A DNA stretch of 64,000 bases, from positions 558,001-622,000 of the forward strand of contig JABVCE010000014.1 of assembly GCA_014905635.1 (NCBI GenBank), written 5' to 3'. Both the position numbers and the translations under genes were made by a program. Origin of the DNA: Scenedesmus sp. PABB004 (lineage: Eukaryota). The notes under the pieces were generated by a model. The model was not told the DNA's origin, made no database searches, and saw only the letters and a list, made by a program, of their open reading frames with translations. This document shows, in pieces, positions 37,951-50,853 of this stretch (position 1 is the first letter of the stretch; each line of letters begins with the position of its first letter).

Positions 37951-39583
37951 GCCCGAGCCCGAGCCCGCGGCGGCCAGGGCGGGGCGCGGGCGCGCCCGGG
38001 CGGGCGGCGCGGCCAGGCGCGGGTGGGAGGCGAGCGGGGTGCGCGCGCGCTGGCGGCGGCTGTGAGGCCTGGCGGCGGGGGCGGCGCCTGCGGCAGCCTG
38101 GAGGACTGACTGACTGCGGCTGTCTCTTGACGATGACGACGAAGAGTGAGGTCTGGTGGAGCTTTGACCGCGCGGGCGTGGGGGCCTGACTGACTGCGCG
38201 CGCTCTCTGAGTTGGCGAGGCGAGCCCCGACTGTAACGCGCGCCTGGCGGTCGGTCGAGTGCCTTTACAGGCCAGCAACGGCTGCGCCGCGCGGCCAGTC
38301 GAAGCCGCCACGCATCAGCCGACCTCGGCGCCTGTGCGGCGCACCGGTCAGGTCGATTCGCGGGGTGCGGCTGCCCAGCCGTTGCCGCGTGGGCGGCAGC
38401 ACCTGCAGCCAATTGGCAACCTGCAGCACACTCGGTCAGTCGCTGGGAGCGCGCTCGATCAACCAAGCGCACGCGCAGCCTGCGCCGGCGGCCCCTCTGC
38501 ACAGAGGGGCGCGCCGGGTTCGCCGCCTTGAGGGCTGGCTGGAGGAGGAGGGGCAGTGCGTGTGACTGGGGGCCGACCCGCCGCCCGAAACAATCGATCT
38601 CAAGCCATGAAGGGGAGGAGAGGAAGGCCTGCCTGAGCTGCACTGACTGCACTCAAACAATAAACCAACTCGTCTGGGGGCCTTGGTTCTGATCGCGAAC
38701 GATGGGGGATGGGAGGCACACTGGGCCGCGCGCCGCCGGCGCGCACAAGCCGGTGGCGGCAACTTGCTTTGAAAGCATTGAGGCATGGGAGTCAAATTCT
38801 AACCGAGCGAGCCGGGCGCCCGTTGCCCGGCTTGATTGGTTGTGCAGGGGGCGCGCGGCGCGCGCGCGCCCGGCGGCGGGCAAGGCCGCTTCGCTCGGGC
38901 GCGGGCCGGCGGCCCCCGGGATCACAGGAGTGGGGAGAGGGAGGAGTTCAGGCTGGCCGCGCAAATGCGCGGCCAGTGCATGTGGCGGTTGCTGCGCCGG
39001 CGGCAGCAAGCTGTGTGCACAGCTTGCCGCCGCCGCGCAAAGTTCTTGTGTGTGCAACACGCTGTGGCCCCAGACACAGGGCACAACAACAGCTCGAGTG
39101 CGCGGCCAATCTGCGCGCGCCCGGCCGGTGCACGCCGGGCGTGCCGTGCGCGCGCGCTGGCGCGCCTCCCGCCAGCTGCGCGGCGCGCACAGTACAGTGA
39201 GGCGCGCGGCGCGCCTCACTGAGGCACACACACTCCAACAGCAGACGCCCTCAGCCGGCGGCGGCGGGCGGGCAGCGCCCGCCCGCACGCTCGCAGCAGC
39301 AGGGGGCTAAAAACAGCGACCTCCGGCATGGCAGAGTGACGCGAGGCGCCCCTGCAGGGGGCGGATCACATGCCGGCGGCCGCGCGGAACGGCTCCCGCC
39401 CAACAGCCGTGCACGACACACGCTCTCCCCGAGGTCCCTGTACCGCGCGCGCTGCCCCAATCGGGCCGCGCAGCGAACAGAGCCCCGCCCTGAGGGCGGA
39501 GGCCCCGGCCTGCTGCTCACGCCGGCGCGCGCAGCAGGCGCGCCGGGCGCCGCCGCCCGGCGCCGCGCAGGCGGCGTCGCCGC

Positions 39584-42500
39584 TCACGCGCGGCAGTCGA
39601 CCGTCGCGGTCGCGAGCGCGGTGGCCTGGCCGTAGAGGTCGTCCACGCTGAAGATGAAGGTGTCGCTCTTCCCCGCGGTGCAGCTGCCGCCGTTGGGCGT
39701 GTACACAAATAGGCCGCGGCTGGGCTGCCACGCGGCGACGCCAAACTCGGGCTTGCCGTCGATCGCGACCGTGAGGTTGGCGCCCGCGGGGCGCAGCGTG
39801 GGCGTGATCTCCACGCTCGCCGCGCCGGGCCTGAGCACCGCGGTCACGTCGTCCGCGCTCGGCGGCGGCGGGCAGAGCACGGTGATGGTCAGGCTGCCGT
39901 CGGCGTACGCGCCAAAGGCGTCGCTGACCATGAAGAACGCGCTGTCGGTCGCGCCGTCGATGGAGCAAAAGCCCTCGTGCGGCGTGTACACGACGCTGTA
40001 GTTGGCGCTCACGTCTGACAGGTCGCCCTCGTTGGGGGGCGCATAGAACATAAAGTCGAGCGGCGGCGCGCCGGTGACCTGCAGCTTGATCGTGCGGTTG
40101 CGCTCGCCGGCGGCGAGCGTGACCGTCTGCTCCTTTGCCGTCGGCGGGTCGGGGCAGGTGAGGAAGACGGAGCACGTCGCCTCGCCAAACTGGCCAAACG
40201 GGTCGTACACGATCCAGTTGAACGGGTCGGGCGAGTCGTCGGACGAGCAGTAGCCCTCGTACGGCGTGAACACCGTGCGCGCGATGCGCGGGTCGGCGGC
40301 GTCGAGCTCGATCGTCGTCAGGAAGCCGTTCATGGGGTCGATTGACGTCTCGATCTGGTACGGCTGCGTCCCGCGCGGGATGGAGAGCGAGATGTTGAGC
40401 GGCGCGCGCGCCGCCGCGGGCGAGCGGACGATGCTGTCCATCGGCGTCGGTGCCGCGGGGCAGAGGACCTTGACGAACACGAGGGCGAACGCGTACTGGC
40501 CGTAGAGGTCGGTGACGTCGTAGCCCCAGTTGTCGAGGTTGTCCTGCTGCGAGCAAAAGTCAAAGTCGGGCGTGTAGCTCGCGACGCCGGCGGCGCTCGG
40601 GCCGTCGACGACGCCCCAGCTCGGGTAGAGGGAGACCTCGAAGCTCAGCGGCGCGGTCGACACGACGCTCAGCACCTGCTCCTGCGCCGTCTGCGCAGGC
40701 GTCTCGAACGACTGGCTCTCCGCCGTCGGCGCGGCGGGGCAGACGACGTTGAGCGTGACCGCGCCGTCCATGAACTGGCCGTACTTGTCATACACGGTGT
40801 AATAGAAGCCGTCGTAAAAGTCAAAGAGGCTGCAGTACGTCGTCTCTGGCGTGTACGACGTGAGCCCCGCGCCGTCGATGCCGGTGATGTTGCCGTTGAG
40901 GGGCGGGCCGATGATGTCAAAGGTGAAGGGGCCGGAACCCATCACCTGGCGGGGCGGCGTGCGGCGCGGGGCGGCGCGGGGGCGGGGAGCGGGAGGGGTG
41001 AGGCGAGGCGCACAACACGGGCGCGCTGCTGCCTGCGTGCGCGCGTCAGGCTGCTGGCTGCTGGCTCCCTGCCAGCGCCGCCGCCGCCGCGCTGCCCGCC
41101 GCCGCGTGCGCCGGCCCGCGCCGCGCGCGCGGCGCACGCACCCCGAGGTCGATCGCCTGCACCGTGCCGGGCGTCATGTTGAACAGCATCTCCGGCGGGA
41201 CGACGGGCGGGTCGGGGCACTGCACCGTCACGTCGACGTAGCCCGTCGCGCTCGTGCCGTAGCGCTCGCTGACCTCAAACGCGAACGAGTCGCCGAAGCC
41301 GTCGGTGGAGCAGTAGGTGTCGTTGGGCACGTACGTGAAGGTCACGTCGAACTCGGTCGGGAAAATCGCCGCGATACTCCCGCCCTCGGGCTGCTGCGTG
41401 ATCTTGACCTTGTACGGCAGCGCGCCGCCGGCGACCATGGCGGTGATGTCGATGCTCAGCCCCGCGCCGGTCGTGACGAACTGGTCCTCCGTGTAGATCG
41501 ACTCGGGGCAGTCGACCGTGACGGCGGCCTTGGCGCTTGAGCGCCCGCCGCGCGCGTCGGTCACCGTGTACTTGAACACGTCGGCCTTGCCGGTGAGGGA
41601 GCAGAACGAGCGCGCGGGCGTGTACTTGACGCGCTGGTTGACCTGGTCGACCTCGCCCAGGCCGCCGTGCTTGGGCTCGCCGCCGGGGAGGACGGCAAAC
41701 ACAAACGGCGGGCGGTTGCCGCGCGCGTCAAAGTTGACCCACACCGGCTTGGGCGCGAGCGTGTAGGCCTCGACGTCGCGCGCGACGACCTCCTTGTAGC
41801 CCGGGTCGGGCCGCGGGCTGGGGCTGGGGCTCGGCCGCGGCGGGCGCGGGCTCGGGCTCGGGCTCGGCCCGGGGCGCGGGCTCGGCGCCGGGCTCGGCCG
41901 CGGCCCGGGGCTCGGCGGCGGCGGGCTCGGCCGCGGCGCCGGGCTCGGGTCGACCGGCGGCCAGGGCCTGACCGGGAAGTCAGGGAAGGGGAAGCCGTTG
42001 GGGTCGCCGCCTACGGGCACCTCATACGCGACTGCGCGGCAAGCAGCGACAAGCGACGGCGGCGCAGTGAGCACGCGTGCGGGCGGGCGGCGCCCGCGGC
42101 GCGGCGCGGCGAGGCGGCGCGCGGCGCGCGCGCGGACGCAGCGGCGGCGGGCGCGGCGGCTCACCGCAGGCGGTCTGGTCGTCGTTGGCGTGCGTGCCCC
42201 AGGGGCAGGGCGTGCAGGTGACCTCCAGCGCGCTGCCGCCGGGCGACACGCTGCCGGGCGGGCAGGGCATGCAGGGCACCCACATCCACTGGTTGGCGTC
42301 GCCGCCGTAGTCGAGCGCCGGCGGCGCGTCGCCGCCGGCGCTGCCGGTGCGCTGCGGCGACGGCGTGGGGCGCCCGCGCGGGCGCTGCCGGCGCCCGCCG
42401 CTCTTGGACTTCGGCGGGCTCGACGGCCCCAGCTTGCGCGCGAGCCGGCCGGGCGTGGCGGGCTTGGCCAGTGCGCCGCGCTTGCCGGCAAAGCCGGCCG

Positions 42501-44300
42501 CGGTGCGGGGGCCGCTCACGAGCGCCATGCCACCCAGGCGGGAGGGCTTGCCCCCCGCCGCCGCGGGCGCCGCGGCGCCGCCCTCGGCGCCGCCCGCCAG
42601 CAGTGCCGCCGCGCCGCGGCGGCCGCCGCCGAGCGGCACGGCCTTGGCCTTGAAGGCCGGCTGCGGCGCCTCGACCACCGCCGCGCCGGCGCCCGCGGGC
42701 GCGGGCGCGGACGCGCCGCCGCGGCGCTTGCCGGCGGCGGCGCCGCCGGGCTGCGACGCCGCCGACGCCGCCTTGCGCCGCGCCGCGGTGGGCGCGCGCG
42801 CGGCGAGGCGCGCCGTCACGTCGGCAAGCTGCTGCTTGAAGCGGGCCTCGATGGTCGCCTTGCGCTCCGCGCGCCGCGCGTCTAGCCGCGCCTGCGCGGC
42901 CGCGAGGGCCGCCTCGGCGCGGCCCGCGCTCGCGGCGGTGCGGTTGGCGGCGCGGCTCGCGGCCGTGACCGTCGCGCGCGCGCTGAGGCTCGCGGGCGCG
43001 ACGCTGGCGGAGGCGACCGCGGCCGCCTCGGCGGCCTTGGCCGCGACCGCCGCGTCGCGCGCGCGCGAGAGCGCGGCCTTGTGCGACTCGCTGATGCTGC
43101 TGGCGGCCTCCAGCTTCTTCGCGGCCGCCTCAGCGCGCGCCGCCTCGAGGCGCGCGGCCTTTGCGGCCACCGCCGCGGCGTACTCTGCATCGGCGGCCGC
43201 CTGCAGCTCCGCAACGCGCGCGGTCAGCGCCTCGCTGCGGTTGCGCGGCGCCGCGGCGCCCTCGGCCGGCGCCGTCGCGTTGGCGGGCTGCTGCTCCGTC
43301 GTCGCGTTGGCGGGCTGCAGCTCCGTCACATTGGCGGGCTGCAGCTCGGTCGTCGCGTTGGCGGGCTGCAGCTCCGTCGTCGCGTTGGCGGGCTCCTGCT
43401 CCGTCGCGTTGGCGGGCTGCAGCGGCGCCGCCGCGTCGGCGGGCTGCTCCATCGTGGCGGCGGGCGGCTGCTCCGCCGCAAGCTGCTCACTCTGCTGCTG
43501 CTGCTGCTGCTGCGCCTCCGCGGGCGCCGGCTGCTCCGGCTGCAGCTGCTGCTGCTCCTCCGCCGGCTGCTCCTGCAGCAGGCGGCGGCCGTCGTAGGTG
43601 GCGCCGTTCTCGGCCACGAAGCGCGTGTGCACGGGGCCCCAGTACTCGTTGATCGTCGGCGCCAGCTTGCGCACGTAGCCGTGGCCCGGCTTGCACACTG
43701 CGGGCGGACGGCGCGCGCGCGCGGGTGAGCAGCGCGGCGCGGGCGGCGCGGGCGTCCGCCCCCCCCCCCCCCCCCCCCCCGGCTGGCGTGCGTTGTCAGC
43801 AGGAGCAGGGATGCGAGATCATACAGGTCCCGGGGGGCTGGGGGGACCGGGGGGGGGGGCCTGGCCTGGCTGGCCTGGCCGCTGCACGCCGCTGCCGCTG
43901 ATGACCAGGCGCGCCCGCCGGTGACTCAGCCTCCCCGCGCGCCGGCGCTGCCCCGGGGCCTCTGTCGCGGCGCGGGCCATCGATAGCGGCGCCGCGACGG
44001 GCCGCGGGACCGGCTCCCGCGCCGCGCCGCGAACCGGAGCAGAAGCGGTCCCGGTCACTCACCGCAGGCGCCGGCTGAGAGCGCGAAACCTTGCGGTCCA
44101 TCGCGCGCGCAGGCGGTGCAGAGCGTCGAGCTGGCGCCCGGCGCGCGGGGCGCGCCGGACGTCGCGCACGCGACGCAGCCTGTCGCGGTGCAGCTGCCGC
44201 TGCTGGCCGCCCACAGCGGGGCGTTGGCCGAGCCCGGCGCCGCGGCGGCTGCCAGGATCAGGCCCAGCAGCCACGCGGCCAGGGCGAGGCGGCTGCCCAT
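39584..44300 (-). CDS. Large secreted/surface protein: Cys-rich N-terminus, tandem repeats, coiled coil, Cys-rich GCC2/GCC3-like module, Pro linker, seven cadherin/Big_9-like Ig repeats
   Basis: Signal peptide MGSRLALAAWLLGLILAAAAA; CMPCPPGS..CTPCPWGT; seven ~95-aa repeats of the form (Y/F)xP...C...DxFxYxVxDxYG...VxVxC. Confidence 0.8.
43272..43420 (-). repeat. Coding minisatellite (24-27 nt units, QPANATTEL)
   Basis: About five or six degenerate copies of gtcgcgttggcgggctgc. Each encodes an N-x-T sequon. Confidence 0.85.
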
Positions 44301-44779
44301 CGCGGCGCGGCCTAGTGCGGCTCCATGGGTGGGTCTCCGACGGGTCTGGCGGGTCGACGTGCTGGCTGTAACGTTTGGGGAGCGCACCGAATGGCGCGGC
44401 GGGGGCGGGGCCGACCCTACGTCGAGGCGCACGGCCCGGGAGAGGTCTGTCACATCGTTACACCGGCTTGCAGCGCCGGGGCACCAAAAAGCTGCGTTTG
44501 AGACCCGCAAAATGCGTCCTCGGGGCCGCTGCGGCCGCGGGCTGGCGGCGCGCGCGCACCGGACTTCACCTTGATCTTCGCGCTCGCGCTGCGCGGTGGT
44601 GTGGTGACCACTCTTCCGCGCCGGTGGCGCGTTGCCGCGCCCTGCTGCGCCCCGCCGCCAGGAGCCTCCCGACCTCCCGCGCGACCCAGCGCGACCCAGG
44701 CCTGCCGCCGCGCGCCGCCGGCGGCGTCACTCGGCGCCGCCGCTGTCGCCCGCGTGCTGCCGCGCGCCCGCCCGGAAGC

Positions 44780-47592
44780 TCAGAGGATGATGTTGGGCTG
44801 CTGCACCGACTCCTTGATCTCCTTGTGCGGCAGCACCACCGCGCCGTTGAGGTACAGCTCGTCCTGCAGCGGCGGCCCCGCGGGCGCGCGGCAGCGCGGG
44901 CGGCGGCGTCAGGCGGCGCGGCCACCGCCGGCGCAGCGCTGCAGCAGCGGGCGCTGCCGCCGCTGCTCGCTCGCGCGCCGGCTGTCCAGCGCACCTTGAC
45001 CTGCACGTCCTCGCCCAGCACGCAGTGGTTCTCCAACCGGCTCCACGCGCCCACGGTGCTGTCCCAGCCGACGATGCTCTTGTCCACCTGCAGGGCGGCG
45101 CAGGGCGGCGGTGCAGGGAGCGGGCACTTGGGGTTGGAGCCCGCCGCACCAGGCGCCGCCGCCGCGCTGGGGCCAGGCGGCCGCCCCCGCGCTGAGCGCC
45201 GCGCGGGGCGCCGCAGCTGCAGCCACGGCGGCGCGCGGCGCCGCGCGGGCGCGGGCGCGGGCGCGGGCTCAGCGCCCGCTGAGCAAGGCGCCGCGCCTTG
45301 CTGTGGTCCTTGATCGTGACGCCCCGCATGATCACGCAGCTGCTCAGCCGCACGCCCGCGCCGATGGTGCACCCCGCGCCGATGCACACGTCCGGCCCGA
45401 TCAGGCACCCCTGCGCGGCCGGCGGCGGCGCCGGCAGCTTGGCGGCAGCGGCGCCGCGCGGCGCGGCTCGCTGCCGCGCTCTCTCGCTGCAGCTGCCCGC
45501 GCGCGCGCGCGGCGTTGATGGCGCTGCCGCCGCGCGCGCACCGGGCCGATGCTGGCGCTGGGGTCGACCAGCACGTTGCCGGTGAACTGCGGCCCGCTGG
45601 CCAGCGAGGGGCGCGAGTGGATCTTGAGGCTGTCCAGGTGCAGCGTCAGCCCTGCGCGCGCGGCGGCGGCGGCGGCGACGGTGTGGTCAGGCGGCGCGCC
45701 CGCCGCGCAGCGCACCCCCGCCCCGCCCCGCCCCGCCGGCCGCGCCGCGCCGCGCCGCGCCGCGCCTGCCGCGCGCCGCACCCACCCTTGAGGTAGTCCT
45801 TGGGCTGGCCCACGTCCATCCAGTACCCGGGGAGAGTGAAGGCAAAGAGCCGCTTGTCCGCCGCGACGTGGGGGAAGACCTCGCGCTCGATGCTCGTCGG
45901 GCGGAGCTCGATGCGGTCCAGCACGCGCGGACTGCACACGTAGATGCCGGCGTTGATCTTGTCGCCAACAAACTCCTGTTTGGCGCGTGCGTGTGCGTGT
46001 GCGTGTGCGTGTGCGTGTGCGTGCGTGTGTGTGCGTGGCGCGGCGGCGGTCAGGGCCGCGGCGACCGCGGGCGCCCCGGCGTGCGGGCGGCGGCCGCGGA
46101 GAGGCGGCGGCGGCCGCGCGTGGCGTGCCAGCGGGGGTGGTCACCTTTGGCTTCTCCACAAAGCGCTGCACCTGGCCGTACTCGTCGATGATGACCACGC
46201 CGTACTTGCTGGGGTCGTCCACCTGCGTGCGCGCACATGTGCGTGCGTATGTGTGTGAGTGTGTGTGTGTGTGTGTGTCGGGGGGAGGGAGAGGGGGGGG
46301 GGTCAGGCGCGGCATCAGGCGCGGCGGCCGCGCGCTGCGCGGGCTCGCCGCCACTGCCAGCTGCCCGCCGCGAGCTGCCAACTGCCCGCCGCCTGCCGCC
46401 AGCTGCAGCTGTCAAACAGTGCGGCCCGCCGCCGGCGGCGCCGCGCGCCTTGGTGACGAGGATGGTCGCCTCGGCCTCGCGCGCCAGGTGGAAGTCCAGC
46501 ATGTCCTTCATCGGGTAGGGGCACACGACGTCACTGTCAGTAACAAGTCAGAGTGACAAAGACGGCCGGCGCGGAGGGCGGGGCGGCGCGGCGGACGGCG
46601 GCGGGCGTCGGCGGCGGGCTCCGCCGACCGGCGCGCTCGCTTGCCCCTGCTGCGCGCTGCCTCGTGCCGCTGCTGCAGCGCCTGCACCCCCGGTGCCGCG
46701 CCGCCTGTGCCGCGCCGCCTGTGCTGCCCCCCCCCCCCCCGCTGCTGCGTGCTGCCGCCGCTGCGTGCTGCCCCCTGCTGCGTGCCGCCCCCGCTGCTGC
46801 GTGCTGCCGCCGCTGCGTGCTGCCCCTGCTGCGTGCCGCCCGCGCCCTGTTGGCCCGCGCCCGCGCCCTGGCCCGCGCCCGCGCCTGTTAAGCACGAAGA
46901 AGGGCTTGCCCGAGCCGTCGTCCAGCAGGTGTCGCGCGAGCGCCAGCGGGCCGGCCGTGCCCATGGGCTCCGTCTCCTGCGCGCGGCAGCCGGTCAGCGC
47001 GGGCCCGCCGCCGCGCCGGTCCCGGCCCCCCGCGCAGGCGCCGGCGCGCGCACGCGCCTGGGAGCACACGATGCGCACGCCCAGCTTGTCGGCCCACTCC
47101 TTGATGAAGCCCATCATCACCTGCGGCCGAGCCGCCCAGCGGGGCGGGCGGCGCGCTGCTCGCGCCACGGGCGCGCCGCGCCAGCAGCGGCGGCGGCGGC
47201 TGCCCCCGCGGCCACGCGCGAGCGCTGCAGGGGCACCCGGCTGGACCCCAGGCTGGCCGGCCCAGCCGGCCGGACGGGCTGGCGCCGCCCGCGCCGGCGT
47301 TTCGGCCGGCCCGCCATCGCCGCCCCCGCCCGCACCTCTGGCTGGTAGTTGATTGCCAGCACCACGTCCGTCACGCCGGCAGCCTTCAGCGCCTGCACAG
47401 CACGCCGCGAGGGCGCAATTCGGGCGCGCGCCGCGGGGAGAGGCGGGCAGCAGCGGTTGCACGCCTCGCCCGCACCTCTATCTGGTGCACGATCATGGGC
47501 TTGTTGCAGAAGTCCACCAGCGGCTTCGGCTTTGTCAGCGTGAGCGGCCGCAGCCGCGTGCCGTAGCCCCCGACCAGGATGAGCGCCTTCAT
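44780..47592 (-). CDS. VTC1: GDP-mannose pyrophosphorylase (mannose-1-phosphate guanylyltransferase), 11 exons
   Basis: [69 protein letters not shown], hexapeptide repeats, [10 protein letters not shown]. Confidence 0.97.
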
Positions 47593-48335
47593 CGCGCCTG
47601 CTGCAGCGGCTGGTGGGGGCTGCGGCGGCGCGGCGCACGCCGGGCTGGAGCTGGAGCTGGGGAGGACGTGCCAGGCAGTGCGCCGCTCGGCGGGCCGCCG
47701 GCGCGCGTGGCGGCGGGGCGCCGGGCGCGGCGCACCGGCGTTGTGCCCTGCGTTGCAATCCCAGCCGCGCCCCAGCCTCCGCGCCCCTCCCCGGGTCAGC
47801 AGCGCACAAAATCATGTACAAAGCTCGCACAGGCGCCATCCTGTGAGGCCGGCAATAGAACTACACGCGCGCGCGCGCAGCGGCGCCGCGCGGTGGCGGG
47901 CCGCGCACGTGCTCGAGCCCCGGCGCAGGGCGGGGCCGCCCTCAACGACACACGCGCGCCGCGGACGCGGTCAACGTCCCCGGTCGCCCGCGCGTCAGTG
48001 GTCGTGTGTCGCCGGCCGCATGCACGCCCGGCAGGGCGCCATGCACGCCAGCGCGGCCGCGCCGGGCCGGCGGCGCCCGAGGCGCGCACGCTGTCTGGCG
48101 CCGCGCCCGCCTCGCGCCGCGCCGCCGGCCGGGCCGCCGGCCGCCGGCGCGCCGGTGCGGCGGTCCGGCGGGCGCTCCGGGCTGGTCGCGCCGAGCGCCG
48201 CCGCGCGCCCAGCCGTCCTGGACAAGGCACTGGGGCTGCGGCGCACCATCTCAACTGCCCTGGTCGGCAGGCCGGGCCGCCTCGTGGTCCCGGGCGGCAC
48301 AGGCTCTGCTGCGCCTGTCCATGTCGTTGTCGGGG

Positions 48336-50211
48336 TCAGATGTCCATCTCGTTGGCCATGCCGTAGTCGGGCTGCTCGTCGTCGTCGCTGTTGTACGCGT
48401 ACTTGCTGTCCTCCTCGTCCTCCTGCGCCCGCCGCCCAGGAGGAGCGCGGCAACGCAACGGCGTCAGCGGCGGCGTCGGCGCCGCCGCGCGCGCGTCTCA
48501 GCGGCGCCGCCCGCGCACCCGCCTCCCCCCCCCCCCGCCGCTGCGCCGCCGCCGCGCCGCGCCCGCCGCTGCGCCGCCGCCGCCGCGCCTTGTCCTCGCC
48601 CGCGGCGGCCTTGCTGACCGCCTTGACGCCGATGTAGAGGATGCGCTTGAGCTTCTTGTTGTAGAAGAAAAAGTTGAAGGCCCACACCGTCGCCTTCTCG
48701 CCTGCGCAGACGCGGCGTGCGTGCGTCGGGTGGCGGGCGCGGCGGGCGCTGCGGCGCGCGGGCCGTGCCCGCGCGGCGGGTCCCTCTCTGCGGCGCGGCG
48801 CACCGAACGGGTCGGTCTCGCCGTCGCTCTTGTAACTGTAGACGTCGCAGTCCTTGAGGTCGATGGCCTGCAGCGGCGGCAGCGGCGGCGGCGGCGGCGC
48901 GGGTGTGGCGTCGGCGGGCGCGGCGGCCGGGTCGCGCGGGCGGCCGCCGCTGTCGGGCGCCGCGCGCCGTGCGGTTGCGGCGCCGCGCGCCCTCGCCTCA
49001 CCTCGTCGATGGACGACCACAGCGTGTCCAGCAGCGGCGCCTCGCCAAAGCCGGGCGTGTTCTCCCAGACCTGCGCGCCGGCGACAGCGGCGGCGCCGGG
49101 TCGGCGCACGCGCCCCTTGCCGTCGACGCCCCTCATCTCTCCGCACGCCCGCGCGCGGCGGCACCGGAGCACTTGCAGCATGCAGCGCGGCACACACGCC
49201 CACACCCACACCCACACCCACACGCCCACACAGGAGCACACGCGCGCGCGCGCCTTTGAGACCTCGATGAGGTGCGTGTCGACCAGCTCCTCCGCGCGGC
49301 CGAGGCCGGCCTCCTTGCGGAAGTGGTGCGCGCGGAGCTGGCTGAAGTCGTAGTCGGGGTAGATGTGGTTCAGCGTGAGGATGAGGAAGATGAGCGTCTT
49401 GCGGCTGCGGGACGCGTCACGGGGGCGTTTGTACTCGTTATAACCGGGCGACAGGGCTCAGGGGCGGGGCGGTGGTGGCGCACCGCGCGAGCGAGGGCGC
49501 GCGAGCGAGGAAGGGCACGCACGAGGCTGCCGCCGCCACAGCTGCGGCCGCCGCGGCCGCTGCTGCTGGCGTTGGCTGCTGCTGCCGCTGCTGCTGCCGC
49601 CGCCACAGCTGTGACCGCAGCGACCGCTGCCACCGCTGCGGCCACCGCTCCACCCGCTGCCGCCGCAGCGACCGCCGCAGCTGCGCTGCCGCTGCGGGCG
49701 CGCTGCGCTGCCACGCGCGCCGCGCGCGCCGCGCACCTGGCGGCGTCGGTGAGCGGGCCGACGGGGGAGCGCGAGAGCTCCAGCGGCGAGCTGCCCGCGC
49801 TCGAGGCGACCTGCACCTCCGCGTCGAGGCTGCGGCTGAGCTTCTTGTCCAGCCCCGCCAGCTTGCCTGCGCAGGGGTGGGCGCAGCAGCGGCGTGAGGC
49901 CGCGGCGCACACCCCTCGCCAGCAGCGGCGCCGCTTGCCAGCAGCGATGCAAGCGCAGCGGCGCCCGCCGCGCCGCACGCAGCAGCGGCGCCGCGCGCGC
50001 ACAGGAGTAGGCCTCCAGGTCGCCGTAGACGATGTAGTCCCCAACGTCCACGTGGTCCAGGAAGCTGTTCAGCCTGCGATGCCACCCCGCGCGGCGCAGG
50101 CCGTGGGGCGCCGCGCTGGCGCGGGGCGAGCGGGCCACGCGTGCAGCATTGTGGTGGGCGCCCCGCCCGGGGCCCGCACCGCGAGAGCTGGCTAATGTCG
50201 AGGAACTTCAT
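48336..50211 (-). CDS. MAF1: Repressor of RNA polymerase III transcription MAF1
   Basis: MKFLD..GDLEAYSCKLAGLDKKL, SPVGPL, SRKTLIFLILTLNHIYPDYDFS, VYSY..DPFGE..VWAFNFFFYNKKLKRILY. Confidence 0.95.
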
Positions 50212-50629
50212 GATGTCGGAGCGCTTCTGAAGGGCTCAACAGCAGGTTATATCGAATGCATCGATCGCCCCGGGAAGCAGCATATTTTTGCGGGCCCCCG
50301 CGTCGCGGGGTGGCGTGCTGGCAGGCAGGCAGCGCCTGGGACGGACGTCTGAGGCGAGGGCCACGCGTGGGCGGCGCCCGTGAGCGCGGAGCGGCCTCGG
50401 CTTTCATCGCATCTTTGCGCTCGCCCTTGAAACGCATGGGCGTGCTCCCCGGCCTCGCTACCGCCGTGGGAGCGCCGGCCGGTGGTCTCAACACCGGCGG
50501 CTGGGGGGATGGGGGCTGCCGGGGCGCCCCGGGGGGCGCCCCGGCGCCGCGGGCGCGCGGCGCGCGTGCGCGGCGCTGCCACCGCCGCGCGCGCGCGCCG
50601 CCGCCGCCAACACCGACCATGGGCATCCT

Positions 50630-50853
50630 CTGATCGCCGGCCGCCTGAAACAGGCCACAGCGGCGCGAGGCATGACGGTTTGGGACCGGCCCGCAGGTCG
50701 GTGCCCCGCGAGGGGTCGCCCCCACCCGGAACGGGTGACAAGGCGAGAAACGCACGCGCACACGCCTGACCTAACCTGGCAACACAACACAACAGCAAGA
50801 GGCCTTTTATCGTCCTGCCCAGGACGGAGAGCGCAGCGCACCGCACACGCCGC
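50630..50853 (-). ncRNA. Candidate Fanzor omega-RNA scaffold (boundaries unknown)
   Basis: Lies immediately 3' of the Fanzor stop and contains at least five adjacent stem-loops. The position matches known Fanzor omega-RNAs. Confidence 0.45.
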
